From Phoronis australis (taxonomy: Eukaryota; Animalia; Phoronida): DNA of 64,000 bases. Under the pieces are notes generated by a model. The model had not been told where the DNA came from. It ran no database searches and saw nothing but the letters and a program-made list of their open reading frames with translations. Both the position numbers and the translations under genes were made by a program. The DNA lies in assembly GCA_002633005.1 (NCBI GenBank), contig NMRA01000004.1, forward strand, positions 439,846 to 503,845, read 5' to 3'. Below, in pieces: positions 52,104 through 63,569 of this stretch; positions within the stretch are counted from its first letter, which is position 1, and each line of letters begins with the position of its first letter.

Positions 52104-55100
52104 GTAAACATTATGTCTCACTTCTGATTTGTCATTCAACATAGAGTTGTCTAGAAGATACAAGTGTTAAGGATGACAATTACTAAAGGGTCAGTGCAGA
52201 TGTAAAACCAGGTGCCTCAAAAGCAAATGATTTCGGATCATAGCTGATGTCTATGACAAAATGAATTACTAGAATTTTTGCTTCGCAAGGCAGTGAAGTG
52301 AATGTCTCACTTGTTGGATTGTGTTTATTTGGTGAGCATAAGTTCAAAACCTGCAGGCGAATGAGCTAGGTGTTTAGCTGATTACCTGTGGTATCCTATG
52401 GAAATCAATTTTTGCGTCATCTGACAACGAATCGCTCTCGCTGGCTCATTCTAACCATGTGTACTACATTTATTCTGTTTACTACGAATGCAATATACAG
52501 CTCAGTCAGCATTCTATCTTGGTACAGGTAACAATTACTTGATTTAAATTTCACTAGAGACACACAGCTCAGTTCATAACTTTCTGTTTGCGGTGTCTTT
52601 CTTATTTGTAGTCTGTTATTGATTGACTCCACTGCGAAAGCTCAAATTTATTTCATTCAGATTAAATATGCGTAATTCACCCAAGTGATTGTGTTTTGTG
52701 ATGTAGTTTTCAAAAAAGAAGATATTTCTTTTTGTCAAAAGTCTGCAAAATTTATTTTCATCTCTTTTGCTTCTGGGTTTTCGCCAGACAGATTTTAAAG
52801 CAATTTTTCAACTTTTTTGGAAACTACTTTATTAGATTTATATTTATCTTGGTTAATACAATGTCTTGAAGCCCTCCCAAGAACAGCGTAGATACTCTAA
52901 GTATCAATGAGAGGCCGTACAAGTGTGATGCATCAGATCTCGAACTCATTTCCAACATTGGCAGAAGCTCAACTAGTATCGTGGACAAGGTGCGACACAA
53001 ACCATCAGGCACCATTATGGCTCTCAAGGTAAACAGATTATGCACCAATTTAGATACACATTCTCAGAGTTAAACTCTTGAACATTAGGAAAATTGGGAA
53101 GTTGTACTCCTGAAAAATAAACCTGTTAAGATTAACGCAACAACTGATATTACCATTATCATAGTAATTTCTTTGATGCTTTGCTTTACACTTGTTGATC
53201 ATGGAAAGTCTCAAGATTGTTGCAAGCTGGAACAGCATGGTCGTCCTTTTGTATCATACTATTAAAAAACTTTTAAAAATATTTCTCATAACCTGGAATT
53301 CAATAATTTGGTCCCTATGACCCAAACATAGTATTGAAGTCAGATATTTAGCCTGGGCTTAGACTATGGGGTCCAAAAACTTGGTATTGAAATCAGTTTG
53401 ATACAGCTTTTTTCTAGAAATTCACCATGGGCTCACACTATATAGGTCCAGAAATGTGTGCTTTCAAACCCAATTTAGTTAGTTACCAGACTGATTTCCT
53501 CTCGGCTTGGGCTTGGAGCATCAGGTCCAGAAAAGTGCAATTTCAAATCCATAGCAAGTTAACATTTTTTCCAGAAACTCAGCGTAGGGTCAGACAATCA
53601 GGTCCAGAAACGTGTACTGAAGCATCTTGATGTCTCCATGCGAAGTGCCTCTTGCCCTCATACTGTGCACTTCTACGGAGCTCTGTTCCACGAGGTTTGT
53701 CTTACGATGCCAGTCAGTAGTTGACTAAATTTGGCCAAGCTTGTTGATATGTCACTTGTAAAGATTTGGCTTGAGTTTGCACTTCCGTTAGGTGCTGAAT
53801 AATCATTTTTCTAGCTTGAATTACATTCTCCAACTTTGAATTATATGCATGATTGTTGAATTTTGAGCCTTTTTTTATAATTGAGACATGCTCCAACTCA
53901 CTCTTAATGCCAAAGCTCTACTTCAGCTCTGACAGATATATCCAGCTGGTGAAATAATCATGCTTTCTTTCATATGATTTCAGGGAGATGTACAGATATG
54001 TATGGAACTGATGGACACATCCTTAGAAAAGCTCTATAAGAAAGCTGCTGAAATGAAGAGAAGCATTCCGGAGAACTTTCTGTGCAAGGTGGCATCTGAT
54101 GTATGTATTTGGATGACAAGTTTCTTTGGGAAATTCTGCTTGGCTGAGATTCTTATCTTGAGTTCATGCATAAGTTAATGAGAACAAAATATTTTGCAGC
54201 GTTGCTGTGAGATTAGTGGGAAATATTTGTTTGCACTTTCTTGTATAGACAGTGTTAGTGTGTGTTCACCTAGGTATGGCTTGTGTTATGTAAATTTGTT
54301 TTTCGGTGGTTTGTGTTTAGCTCATGGAGTAGGCTAGAATTGGAGTGGTTATGCATGTCCTGGTTTTCCAGTCATGCTATCTGTGACAACCCGGTTAAGT
54401 ACAGCTAAATTTATTGTATATTTAGATCTGCAGAAGGTTCATAACTGTTTCAGATGCTTGGATTTGCATTTGCCAAATGGACAAGGGTTTCTTAGTTTTT
54501 TAGGCATTGGGATATTGCTTTCTGGGACTGCTTTGTGTTATCCTATCATGAACAGCTGAGGTATGACATCGCTGTGGCGGCATTTTCTGTCATTGGCTTT
54601 AAATTTAAAGGTTTTGCCTACTTTTAGATTATAGATGCCCTTCATTACCTTCAGTCAGAGTTGAGCGTTGTACATCGAGATGTGAAACCAGCCAACATTC
54701 TACTCAACAAGGAAGGTATGATCAAATTGTGCGACTTTGGGATAAGCAGCCAACTGCAGGATAGTATCAGTAAAACTCTGGACAAAGGCTGTAAACCATA
54801 TATGGCGGTAAGTGTTAAATGAGAGAAACTGTTGCTATATATGACACTAAATAATTTATTTCCAGTTGTGCATGAGTGAAAGGTTACGCAGTATACCTCG
54901 CATAATTCTTCACTATTGAGACTATGTACTACAAAATATTCTAAACCAGACCATGCAACGGTTTGTACAAGGAAAGTAGAATGTAAATCCTTCAAGTGTT
55001 CTGGAACAACGGAATGGATCAGGAATCATCCCACTGGCAAATAAATTGATACTAACAAAAAATTGACAGAAAGTCCAAAACTATCTGATGGTTTATGCCA

Positions 55101-56684
55101 AGATGGATTAAGCAGAGTATACTGCGTCTATGCCAATCTCTTGTGACTGACTGCTGACACACAGTGGCAAGTTACAGTAAAAATATTTAACGTGTATGGA
55201 CACTGCCGTCACTTCTTGGGCATCTAACTATTTCTGGGATGAATCCGAGCTCTAGGGCCTCCCCTGTTAGGTTTCTCTGCGTATGGCTCTATATCTACCA
55301 ATTTCGTTGATGGATATTTGTAAATATTTATCAAGGAGGCAACAGCACCTGGCTGTACCTCAAGTGTCCCTTTTATATATTACATGATACTAAATATACA
55401 TTCCTAAAAGCATACCATTTACTATTCAGTTGTGTGTGCATTTCAAAGCTTTGTTAATTAAATTAGTACTAAATCTGGTAACGTCTGATGGAAGATGATG
55501 GTCAGTTTTTTCTTCTTTACAATGGTACGTACGCAGCCATTAATTTTGTTTTCTTTTTTCAGCCTGAGCGTATAAATCCAACAGTATTGATGAGGTACTA
55601 CGATGAGAGATCTGATATCTGGAGTCTTGGGATAACTTTGGTAATTATAGCTTAATTTGTTTCTTCAGACTCCTTAAAACAACTTTCGTTTTGAATCTGT
55701 CCAAAAACATAATATTTTTATATTTCTAATACTTGAAGCTGTTAAGCTCCAACTAATACATAATGTGTGGTTACACAATCAGCTATTTCTCAATCAAGTG
55801 ACAGCCAGATTGCCTTTGGTGAATAAAATGGTGACCTATGTAATGTTATTGAGCTCCATCAGCTACAGCAATGTCTCGACAGTTCTTCCAAAGCCCAGAA
55901 ATCAATCCTTGCCTGAGTAAGATGCAAGTTGATATCAGTGTTGTAGCTGTAAGTGGTCTTCGTTTACATTTAAATTCAATGAAAACGGGCGATTTGAAGC
56001 GTTATCTCTCGTTCCAAGAGAAATCGATGATTTAGTGATCGAGATTACTGAAATTGTTGTTTTGCCTCTGTGACTTCAGATCGAGGCAGCTTCTGGTCAG
56101 CACCCTTACGCCAACTATGCAAATATTCATAAACAGCTCACAGCAATCGTTAACGGCGACCCTCCTACATTACCAACAGGAGAGTTTTCCTATGACTTTG
56201 AAGATTTCATTGGATGTTGGTAGGTATAACATACACATTTTTGCGTGACTTTGTCTTCTCGTTTTATTTTGTTCTCCTGCCATCTGTTAGTGGGATCCAT
56301 AGTATTCACGACTATCCATTCGCATGCATGTCTGATTTAACTAAAGTAACTAAACTGTTGATAAGATGGCTAAGCCTTTCTGGAATTAGAATTTTGTAAT
56401 AATAGTTTTACTCATCGTTTTTTCTCATTTAACTGGTTTAGTCATCATAATGGGGAGTTGGTATTTTGTGTGTTTTTGTTGTTTACTGTAGGTACATGTT
56501 GCTGCTGTCTGGTCAAGGGTCGGATATTAACATGTGATGGTTTTATGTTTTACTTCCGTTTCATTTCAGCTTACAGAAAAACTACAAAAACCGTCCCAAG
56601 TACAACACATTGAAGCAACATACATTCATTACTAAACGCAGTAAGGAGGATACAGGGTTTGTGAAAAGCATCCTTCAAGACTGA
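45660..56684 (+). CDS. CARD - NB-ARC (APAF-1-like) - MAP2K (MKK3/6-like) fusion protein, about 892 aa (901 aa with the micro-exon)
   Basis: Exons: 45660-45797, 46071-46253, 46797-47657, 48654-48830, 50620-50757, 50998-51099, 51931-52103, [52501-52527 optional], 52872-53028, 53575-53694, 53984-54100, 54628-54807, 55563-55640, 56080-56219, 56570-56684. All are GT-AG and phase-compatible, with no internal stops (2679 nt without the micro-exon). The junction acceptor is the least certain splice site. Confidence 0.8.
48900..50180. repeat. Low-complexity ACT/GCT-rich intron with a tandem duplication of about 154 bp (49237-49558) and a (CTG)17 tract (49785-49835)
   Basis: Read directly; lies between exons 4 and 5 of the fusion gene. 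Confidence 0.9.
52872..56684 (+). CDS. MAP2K moiety, MKK3/MKK6-like kinase domain (exons 8-14)
   Basis: [100 protein letters not shown] and [21 protein letters not shown] and the C-terminus fit MKK3/6 better than MKK4/7. Confidence 0.93.
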
Positions 56685-57075
56685 TCCACTCGTATACAGG
56701 ATTTGCCGAGGAGTGCTCAACATTACGGCATGTAACATGTTTATTGATTGATGTATTTGGGTTCCATCTTTTTTCTCCTGTAGGATGCTCAAGTATTCTG
56801 CCCATGTAGTGTTTGTCACTGGGCAGAGAAGCATTCCTGTTATACAGTGCAATGTAGTTTCAAGAGAGTTTTTTGCTACATGCAAGTTAGTACACACGGT
56901 TTTAACATGATTTGGTTTGTGTCATATCTTAAAGTAACCGCAAATGGGAATTGAGGAGTGAAATACTGTGGATGGGCATTAACTGTGTGTGGCCTATTTT
57001 TGTTGAAGCATGTTGCTCAAGCATCGCAGATTTGTCACTTTGTCTGTAGCTGAGCATAGCATCATTTCTGCTATC

Positions 57076-57303
57076 CAGGGGCTTGTTCCAAGAAACTTAC
57101 TTAAGATCTTTTTTGACTTAAGTCTAAGGTATGTCTCAACTTCCAAACTTTTAAACTTCCACATTCAACATGATAGTTAAAAACTGAAGTCAAACCTAAA
57201 CAATCTCTTCCTTGAAACGGACTTGAGACAAATTTTAGTTTCATCTTAAAATTGAATGAAAATTTTCTCTTAAGTAAGTCAATTTTCTTGGAACGGGCCC
57301 CTG
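57076..57303. mobile_element. MITE in the presumed 3'UTR of the fusion gene
   Basis: TIR caggggcttgttccaagaaa / tttcttggaacgggcccctg with inner acttacttaaga / tcttaagtaagt. Confidence 0.7.
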
Positions 57304-58742
57304 TTCAGTGGGGGCATTTTACTTTTTGCTAGGTCTTCCACTATCATGGTACCACCTGCATTTGGATGGTTGTAGCTTTCCTGAATTCTTTGAATTATGA
57401 ATCTTAATGTATTGACGTCTTATTGAATGTCACTGCTGTGTCTTGGACTGCTTGTTTAATTCCTGGAACAATGAGCTCTAGTACAGGTGACCATGTAAAC
57501 ACAAGCAGTTTTACCGTTGTTTTGATCACATGTACAGTTGTACTATTAGTGTTAATGGAAATCTACCACTGGGACTTAAAAGAATTATTTCCGGTAACAG
57601 CTGTGTACACCGTAGACTTGTTGAATGCATTGTAATGGAGTAGTTGCTAAGCAACACCAGTTGTGAGGCCGTAAGACTTTGGGGTGTCATTTTTTGATGC
57701 AGTCTACAGTATTGCAAATGTCTTTCAACGTGAAGAATGAAATTTGTTGTGAAGTTTAAAAATAGGGTAGGCTACTTATAAAACAATTTTTAGAAGAATT
57801 TTATGAATTATGAAATGAATAATTTTTTATTGACTACTGTTCAAGTTTGAATAATTGCTTTATTTCTGTTGAGAGATATTTTTGAGATACATTTTCATGC
57901 ACCCTGCTGTTTACTTAATGATCGGATAACTATTTGCTGTACGTGATCTGGTTTCATAAAGGAATTGGAGAACTAAGAAATTAAGAATTTCATCTTTTTT
58001 AATCGTTTTATTGTGGTGCATACTGAGGTTTTTCCTGTTACCCAATGGTCACTGGACTGGATATTACAAGTCAGATGTTTTTATGAAAGTCAACCCAGGT
58101 TTTTAGATGATATACAATGACATTTTTACAAAACTTGAATGCGATTCAGGTCTTGTTTTGTATTGGTGCAATAAGATGTAATGTTTTCATGACATTTATG
58201 ATGGAAGATGTTCATTGGAACATTTGATTTGGATGAAGTGATGCTGAAATTGTGCTGCGCTTTTATGTGTTGGTTGTTTCCAAGTCTTCCTGGCAGTTAA
58301 AGTTGCTCTACAATGTTAACAAAAATTACCGAGATATTTCGTTTTATTTCCACAGTGAAACATAGTTACATTTTCAAATTGATTTGTGTAAGTATGATGC
58401 TCTACATTGTACGTGGAAAGGATTGGTATTTCTGTTTGCAATAATGACCGTTGCAAGTGATCAGGTTTGAGAAAAGTTCACCGATTGACGTTTTAGACTT
58501 GCCAGATTTAAAGGAATCTGCAACTGTAGTACACAAAGTCATTTAGATCTCATTTTTGTACACAAATATTGAATGCCCATTGCGTAATTGTTTTCTCAAA
58601 ATATCTAGGCAATTTCCCTGTCAAAAAGCACCATCTTCAGTTAACGGCAACTCAGTTTATCGAACATTATTTACCTTTTACTTGTATACAATTTCTGTGT
58701 GGTTGTGATGTCAACATAAATTGTTGAACCACTGTTACATTT

Positions 58743-58748
58743 AATAAA
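58743..58748 (+). terminator. Candidate poly(A) signal of the fusion gene
   Basis: AATAAA followed by a GT/T-rich downstream element, about 2 kb after the stop codon. Confidence 0.4.
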
Positions 58749-58925
58749 TAGATTTTAAGCGAGAAGTGTTCTTTTAATGTGCTTTGTGTATATTGTTTGA
58801 CAACAAATTCCTGTTGAATATTTTTTCATTTGTTAGAGTCAACATTTCTTAGTACCGTTACAGCAATATTGGAATGCATTTACTGTTCTGGGAAGATTAA
58901 CCAAGTTCACAGACGGTGAAACTGG

Positions 58926-59377
58926 TTAAAATAGTTACCTATCGGTGGCCCAGTTACATTTTAGAACATAACTTTCGGGCCCATCTTGGTCTCTTTATCA
59001 GGACACTGGCGATTATCTCTGTGTCACGTGACCAGTGCTTGGTGGTCGTCAAACTCCACCTGGAGGCTGTCACTTGAGAGGATGTGCTGGTAAATGGCAG
59101 TGAATTGTAACCAGTCTCTGTTCAACTCTGGCTTGTTACTCATGATTTCTGAGAATCTGCCAGAGTTTAACAAACACAATAGTTACAAATTACCTGTCAC
59201 TTACCAGCACCTCCTCAAGTTACAGCCACCAGGTGGTGTTTGACAACCACCAAGCACTGCCCTCAGGTGGCCACGTGACACAGAGATCTTAGCCAGTGCT
59301 CCGACAAAGAGCCCAAGATGGGCCCAAAAGCTAGGTTCTCAAATGTGACCAGGCCACTGATAGGTAACGATCTTTAA
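58926..59377. mobile_element. Palindromic (foldback) MITE flanked by TTAA, Kolobok-like
   Basis: Imperfect inverted arms of about 170 bp or more (gttacctatcggtggcc..gggcccatcttgg..tctctgtgtcacgtg / cacgtgacacagaga..ccaagatgggccc..ggccactgataggtaac), with ttaa at both ends. Confidence 0.75.
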
Positions 59378-59438
59378 TTCAATACTATGCAAATGTGCCA
59401 GCTATGAACATTCACAACACAATGTAGATTTAGCATGA

Positions 59439-59444
59439 TTTATT
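59439..59444 (-). terminator. Candidate poly(A) signal of the right-hand minus-strand gene
   Basis: tttatt on the plus strand (AATAAA on the minus), about 2.2 kb past the stop at 61685. Confidence 0.35.
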
Positions 59445-61684
59445 AACAAAACACAGTTTGAATAAATAACTTGGAGAAAAATAAATAAAAACATTAAAAA
59501 AAAAACAAATCAAAAGACGGAGTAGAAAACAATAACACAACACAAGTGTCACATCTTCAACTTTAACTCTTTGCAGATCATCTGCTAACACACTTCTGAG
59601 CCGAGTGGTGAATGATTTATTGAGCCTCCCTCAGCTTTTCAATTTTTTGGCATCAATATCGCAACTCACTATGCAACAGTAAAGCTTCATTAGCACTAGA
59701 GTGATGTAAGAAATGGAGAGCCTATGTAAAAACGATTAGCACGGCAGCAGTACATGATTAGTATGAATCCTGATGACGCACGGCATTATGGGTAAATACT
59801 ACATAAACGGAGAGGGCTTCTTGATGATCAAATATCCTGATTTGCAAGACTATAGATAAGACCACAATTCCTCAGAAAATAATTTTTCAGCATCCAAAAT
59901 CAAGCAATTATTAACTGTTGATATTACTTTTTATTAAAACCACATTCTGAGATGGGTGACAGAAGGCTAGTGGGCACTTCAATTTTTTCACAAGAGTTGC
60001 AATTTCTAAATTCTTTGACTGTTGTGCAGTCTGCCCTTACAAATTGTTACTTCAAACTGCGCACATCACGAAATAAACTAAATTCTAATTTGTTGCTTAA
60101 CCGTGTTCAACACTTTGTACGCAGAAACATATTTCATAGACACCTGAGGTCAGTTATACAACACATATGCAAGTTTCAATAGCTTTTGTAGAATGCATTA
60201 CGAAACAACAAGCACAAAATAATGAACAATGCGACACCTTTCACACTGAAAGTAATTAAACCACCATTTACCTGGTTTTGACAAATGACTACACTGTCAG
60301 CATCATTAAACCTTCAATTGAAAATTTCTTAGGTCCACAGACAAGAGTGTGACGGAAGAACATATGCAGTGCAAGTGTGTCATGTCTACCAACACGCGAG
60401 TTCCTTGTAAAACCTTGTACGATATGCGCACTTCTCTGATGTCTCGCGGGAAAGTGAAAAGAGCAACAGTGTGATCAAATACTAAGTCGTCACAAACGCA
60501 ACACCTCGACATTCATTATTATACCATAAACCACGGGAAAATGTGCTGCATTTTCTGTCTTCACACTAAACACAAGGAAGGATGACTATAGGGGTTTCGA
60601 TTGGTTGTCCCAATTTTTACAATATATGTTTCGACCAATAAATGGTCATACCTTGAGATTGGCTAATCAAAACAACATCAGATAATGTTTGCAGGTGTTT
60701 TAATTTGACACCTAATGGACAGGTTGGGTTGTTTTTTTGGTGTTTTTGACATGAATTTGGTGATTTTAAGCATTTTAACACATCATGCGGATGTAGTCTA
60801 ATGCTGTGTGCATGCTTGCTAGTTTCTGATAAGTTTCAAAACCACTGCAAACACTTAAACAACAATTAAACATTTACATTATGTCAAAATCACACCACTT
60901 TTAGACAAAAATAACTGCCAAAACTAGATCTTGTCATTTTTCAAAAGCTTGCAACATTATTGAGAATGTCAACAGTTTCTCAAAAAATTGCCCGATGGCA
61001 ACTACGGTGTACAAGACTGGTAAACCAAGTTATCCTTCACGAAAAAATAAAAACGCATTGTGTCCTGAAGTGGTGAAATTATACCGTAGGTTTACACACA
61101 AAGTGTTCAAACCTATCAAATCAGATATTCTAGTGTAGCTATTTCATGGAAACAGCAGATTTTCTTGGAAAATGATTACACCACAGAATACAAACTACAG
61201 AATTAAGCAATTCGCTTGATATTCTCAATATCCTTTAATATGTAAAAACGTTTCTGACGTACTTGCAAACTTTTCAGAACAAAAATTGTGGTGTTCCAGT
61301 TTCCCCCATTGACACCAGTTTCGCTTCCCCGTCTGCAACAAAAACATGGTAGCAGACGATGTTGCTTCAAAGGAAATACGCAAGCAGCAGTATATCTCAA
61401 AGCACAATAAACATACTTGTGGTGTTGGTTGCAGATATCTGCAAGTACACCCGCAAGACAAATGAGCATTTCTGCGAAGTTAAAGAAATTTTTGTTTGTA
61501 GTCAAATTGACAAGATGCTTTTTCGTTAAAAAAAGCTGTTTTAGCTAAAGTTTTAAGAAAATCGAGAAGACGTGACTGGTCTTTACAAGTTGGGAGTTCG
61601 GAATAAAAGTAATGATAACTCGGGAGCCAAAATCTGGAGGGTTAGCATGTATGTTTAAATGCATCTTGACATTTCTTTGTGTAT

Positions 61685-63569
61685 TCACTTCCATCCAGGC
61701 TTCGTAGTCGCAGTAGGACGTTGTTTGGATGTCGTTCCAGCAGCATACAAACTTCGTCTCACGTTTTTCTTGGCAGCAACTGTTCAAGAAGAAAAGAATA
61801 CATTACATGCATTTACACTCAGACACTAATATTGAATTTTATTCTTAACAAAACAACAAACGACTTAAATAAATAAAACATTCATTTTTCTACCCAATCG
61901 AGGTGCTCTCCAGTGTCAACAAACTGATCTGCATTGCCTTGATTCTATTTCTTTGATAAATGAACACTGGTAAGTGGCAAGCCATCTAGAAAAATTACCC
62001 CTAGAGAACTTGCATCGCTCACTTAACAATAACACCTATAACAGAAGACAGATGTGCCCTTGAGTAGCAATTATAAGTACTTCGTATCTGTATATTACCA
62101 TTGTAAATTCAAAATTTACTTGAAATGTTAACCCCTAAAGTTTGTAACTAAAACCCATAATACATAACTTTAATTTTCTAAATCATTTATAACTACCTGC
62201 ATTTTTTTGTCGAACTCCAGACTCAGGCGCAGTCTTTGGCCTAGGGCTTCTCTCTCTGTAACGTGATAAAGATAAAGGTTAGATACAGGTCAGATATAGG
62301 TTAGATACAGGTCAGATAAGGTCAACTGGGTGGTGAAGATTTTTTAATTTTAAAATGCTGACCACTCGCATGCGGGCCAACAAAATATTATGACCATTCT
62401 CTGAAGTAAATCCAAACACACCATTCCCAAAATAAACAAGAACAAAATTAATAAATACAACCGTGCACTATTTGAACACATGTGACCATCAACAGCACAA
62501 ACATTTTCATGAGATGCTACAATGGAGGTAAGGAAAATAGTGAAAACTTACACAAAAGAAGGTTTCGGATGAACAATGTGTTATGGATTATAATTCAAAT
62601 TTACCTGCTTGTGGGGTGGGCCTTGATAGGAGAAATTGAGTGAATTGGCTTGACAACCTTGGATATGATCGATTGATAGTGTCTTCTAATGGGTCCACTG
62701 AAAAAGATAATCAAAAATTACATTTCACCCCATCTAGCTTTCCTGGGTAAAAATTGAAAATAAAATTTGGCCTTTTACTCCCTTAAATTCAGCCTCATCT
62801 TCCTTACCGTGATAGGATTTAGTAGTCATTACCACCATGAATACTGAAACCATCAAAGACTCAAGAAAACACTTCAGAATTTATTGGGGTTGGCCAACTC
62901 TAAAATAGGAGAATTGAAAATGGGACAAATATACCCTGCCTATGACCCAAGCTGCTAGCTCGTTCAGCAATAATTCAAGATTGGACGAGTGTGGTAAGTT
63001 TTTAAACCCCAATGTGCTTTAGTTAAGAATTCAACGACAGCTATACACGGAGTAAAACACAGTTTCTAACTGTGAAGGTGAAGGACAAGCATAAGACATG
63101 ATGGTAAGAGTGTATCTGAATTGTACCTTGAGGATAAGGCCTTATTGTTAATCCAAGACCTCTTGATAGAATGCATATTTCTATCCTTTGCCTTAGAGCA
63201 CAACTAAAAATCCTATGACTTTAAGTTCACAACCATATCTGTTATGAACTTGAAAAAAAAATGTAGTCAATTTTCACTAGACATCGAGGCAAAGGCCTAT
63301 CTGATCATCTCAACATCAATATGCATCAGTTAGTCAGTAACAGTCTAGGTATAAACAGGATGTCTAAGGGCACCAACCAACCTCACATTTCTCTATTTTA
63401 CAATAAAAATCCCACCAAGATATATAGGTCACTTCGACTCATACCAAAAACAGCTGAATGAATGCATAGTATATACCTGACGTCTTCAAGCTTTTTCTTC
63501 TTTGGACTACTTGTATGTGGTCGAGAAGTCTTAGGATGATGAGGACCAAACAACATGGCCTCTGCTGCT
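61685..63569 (-). CDS. Last four coding exons of an unidentified gene with a basic, low-complexity C-terminal tail; gene continues beyond the right edge
   Basis: Exons 63477-63569, 62605-62697, 62197-62255 and 61685-61779 are GT-AG with phases 2/2/2/1 and join without stops: AAEAMLFGPHHPKTSRPHTSSPKKKKLEDVSGPIRRHYQSIISKVVKPIHSISPIKAHPTSRERSPRPKTAPESGVRQKNAVAAKKNVRRSLYAAGTTSKQRPTATTKPGWK*. Confidence 0.7.

Noticed and set aside
45660-52107. Calling the gene a canonical APAF1 orthologue or a truncated pseudogene
   Set aside because: No WD40 exons follow, and all exons are intact with conserved motifs and splice phases, so no gene symbol was assigned.
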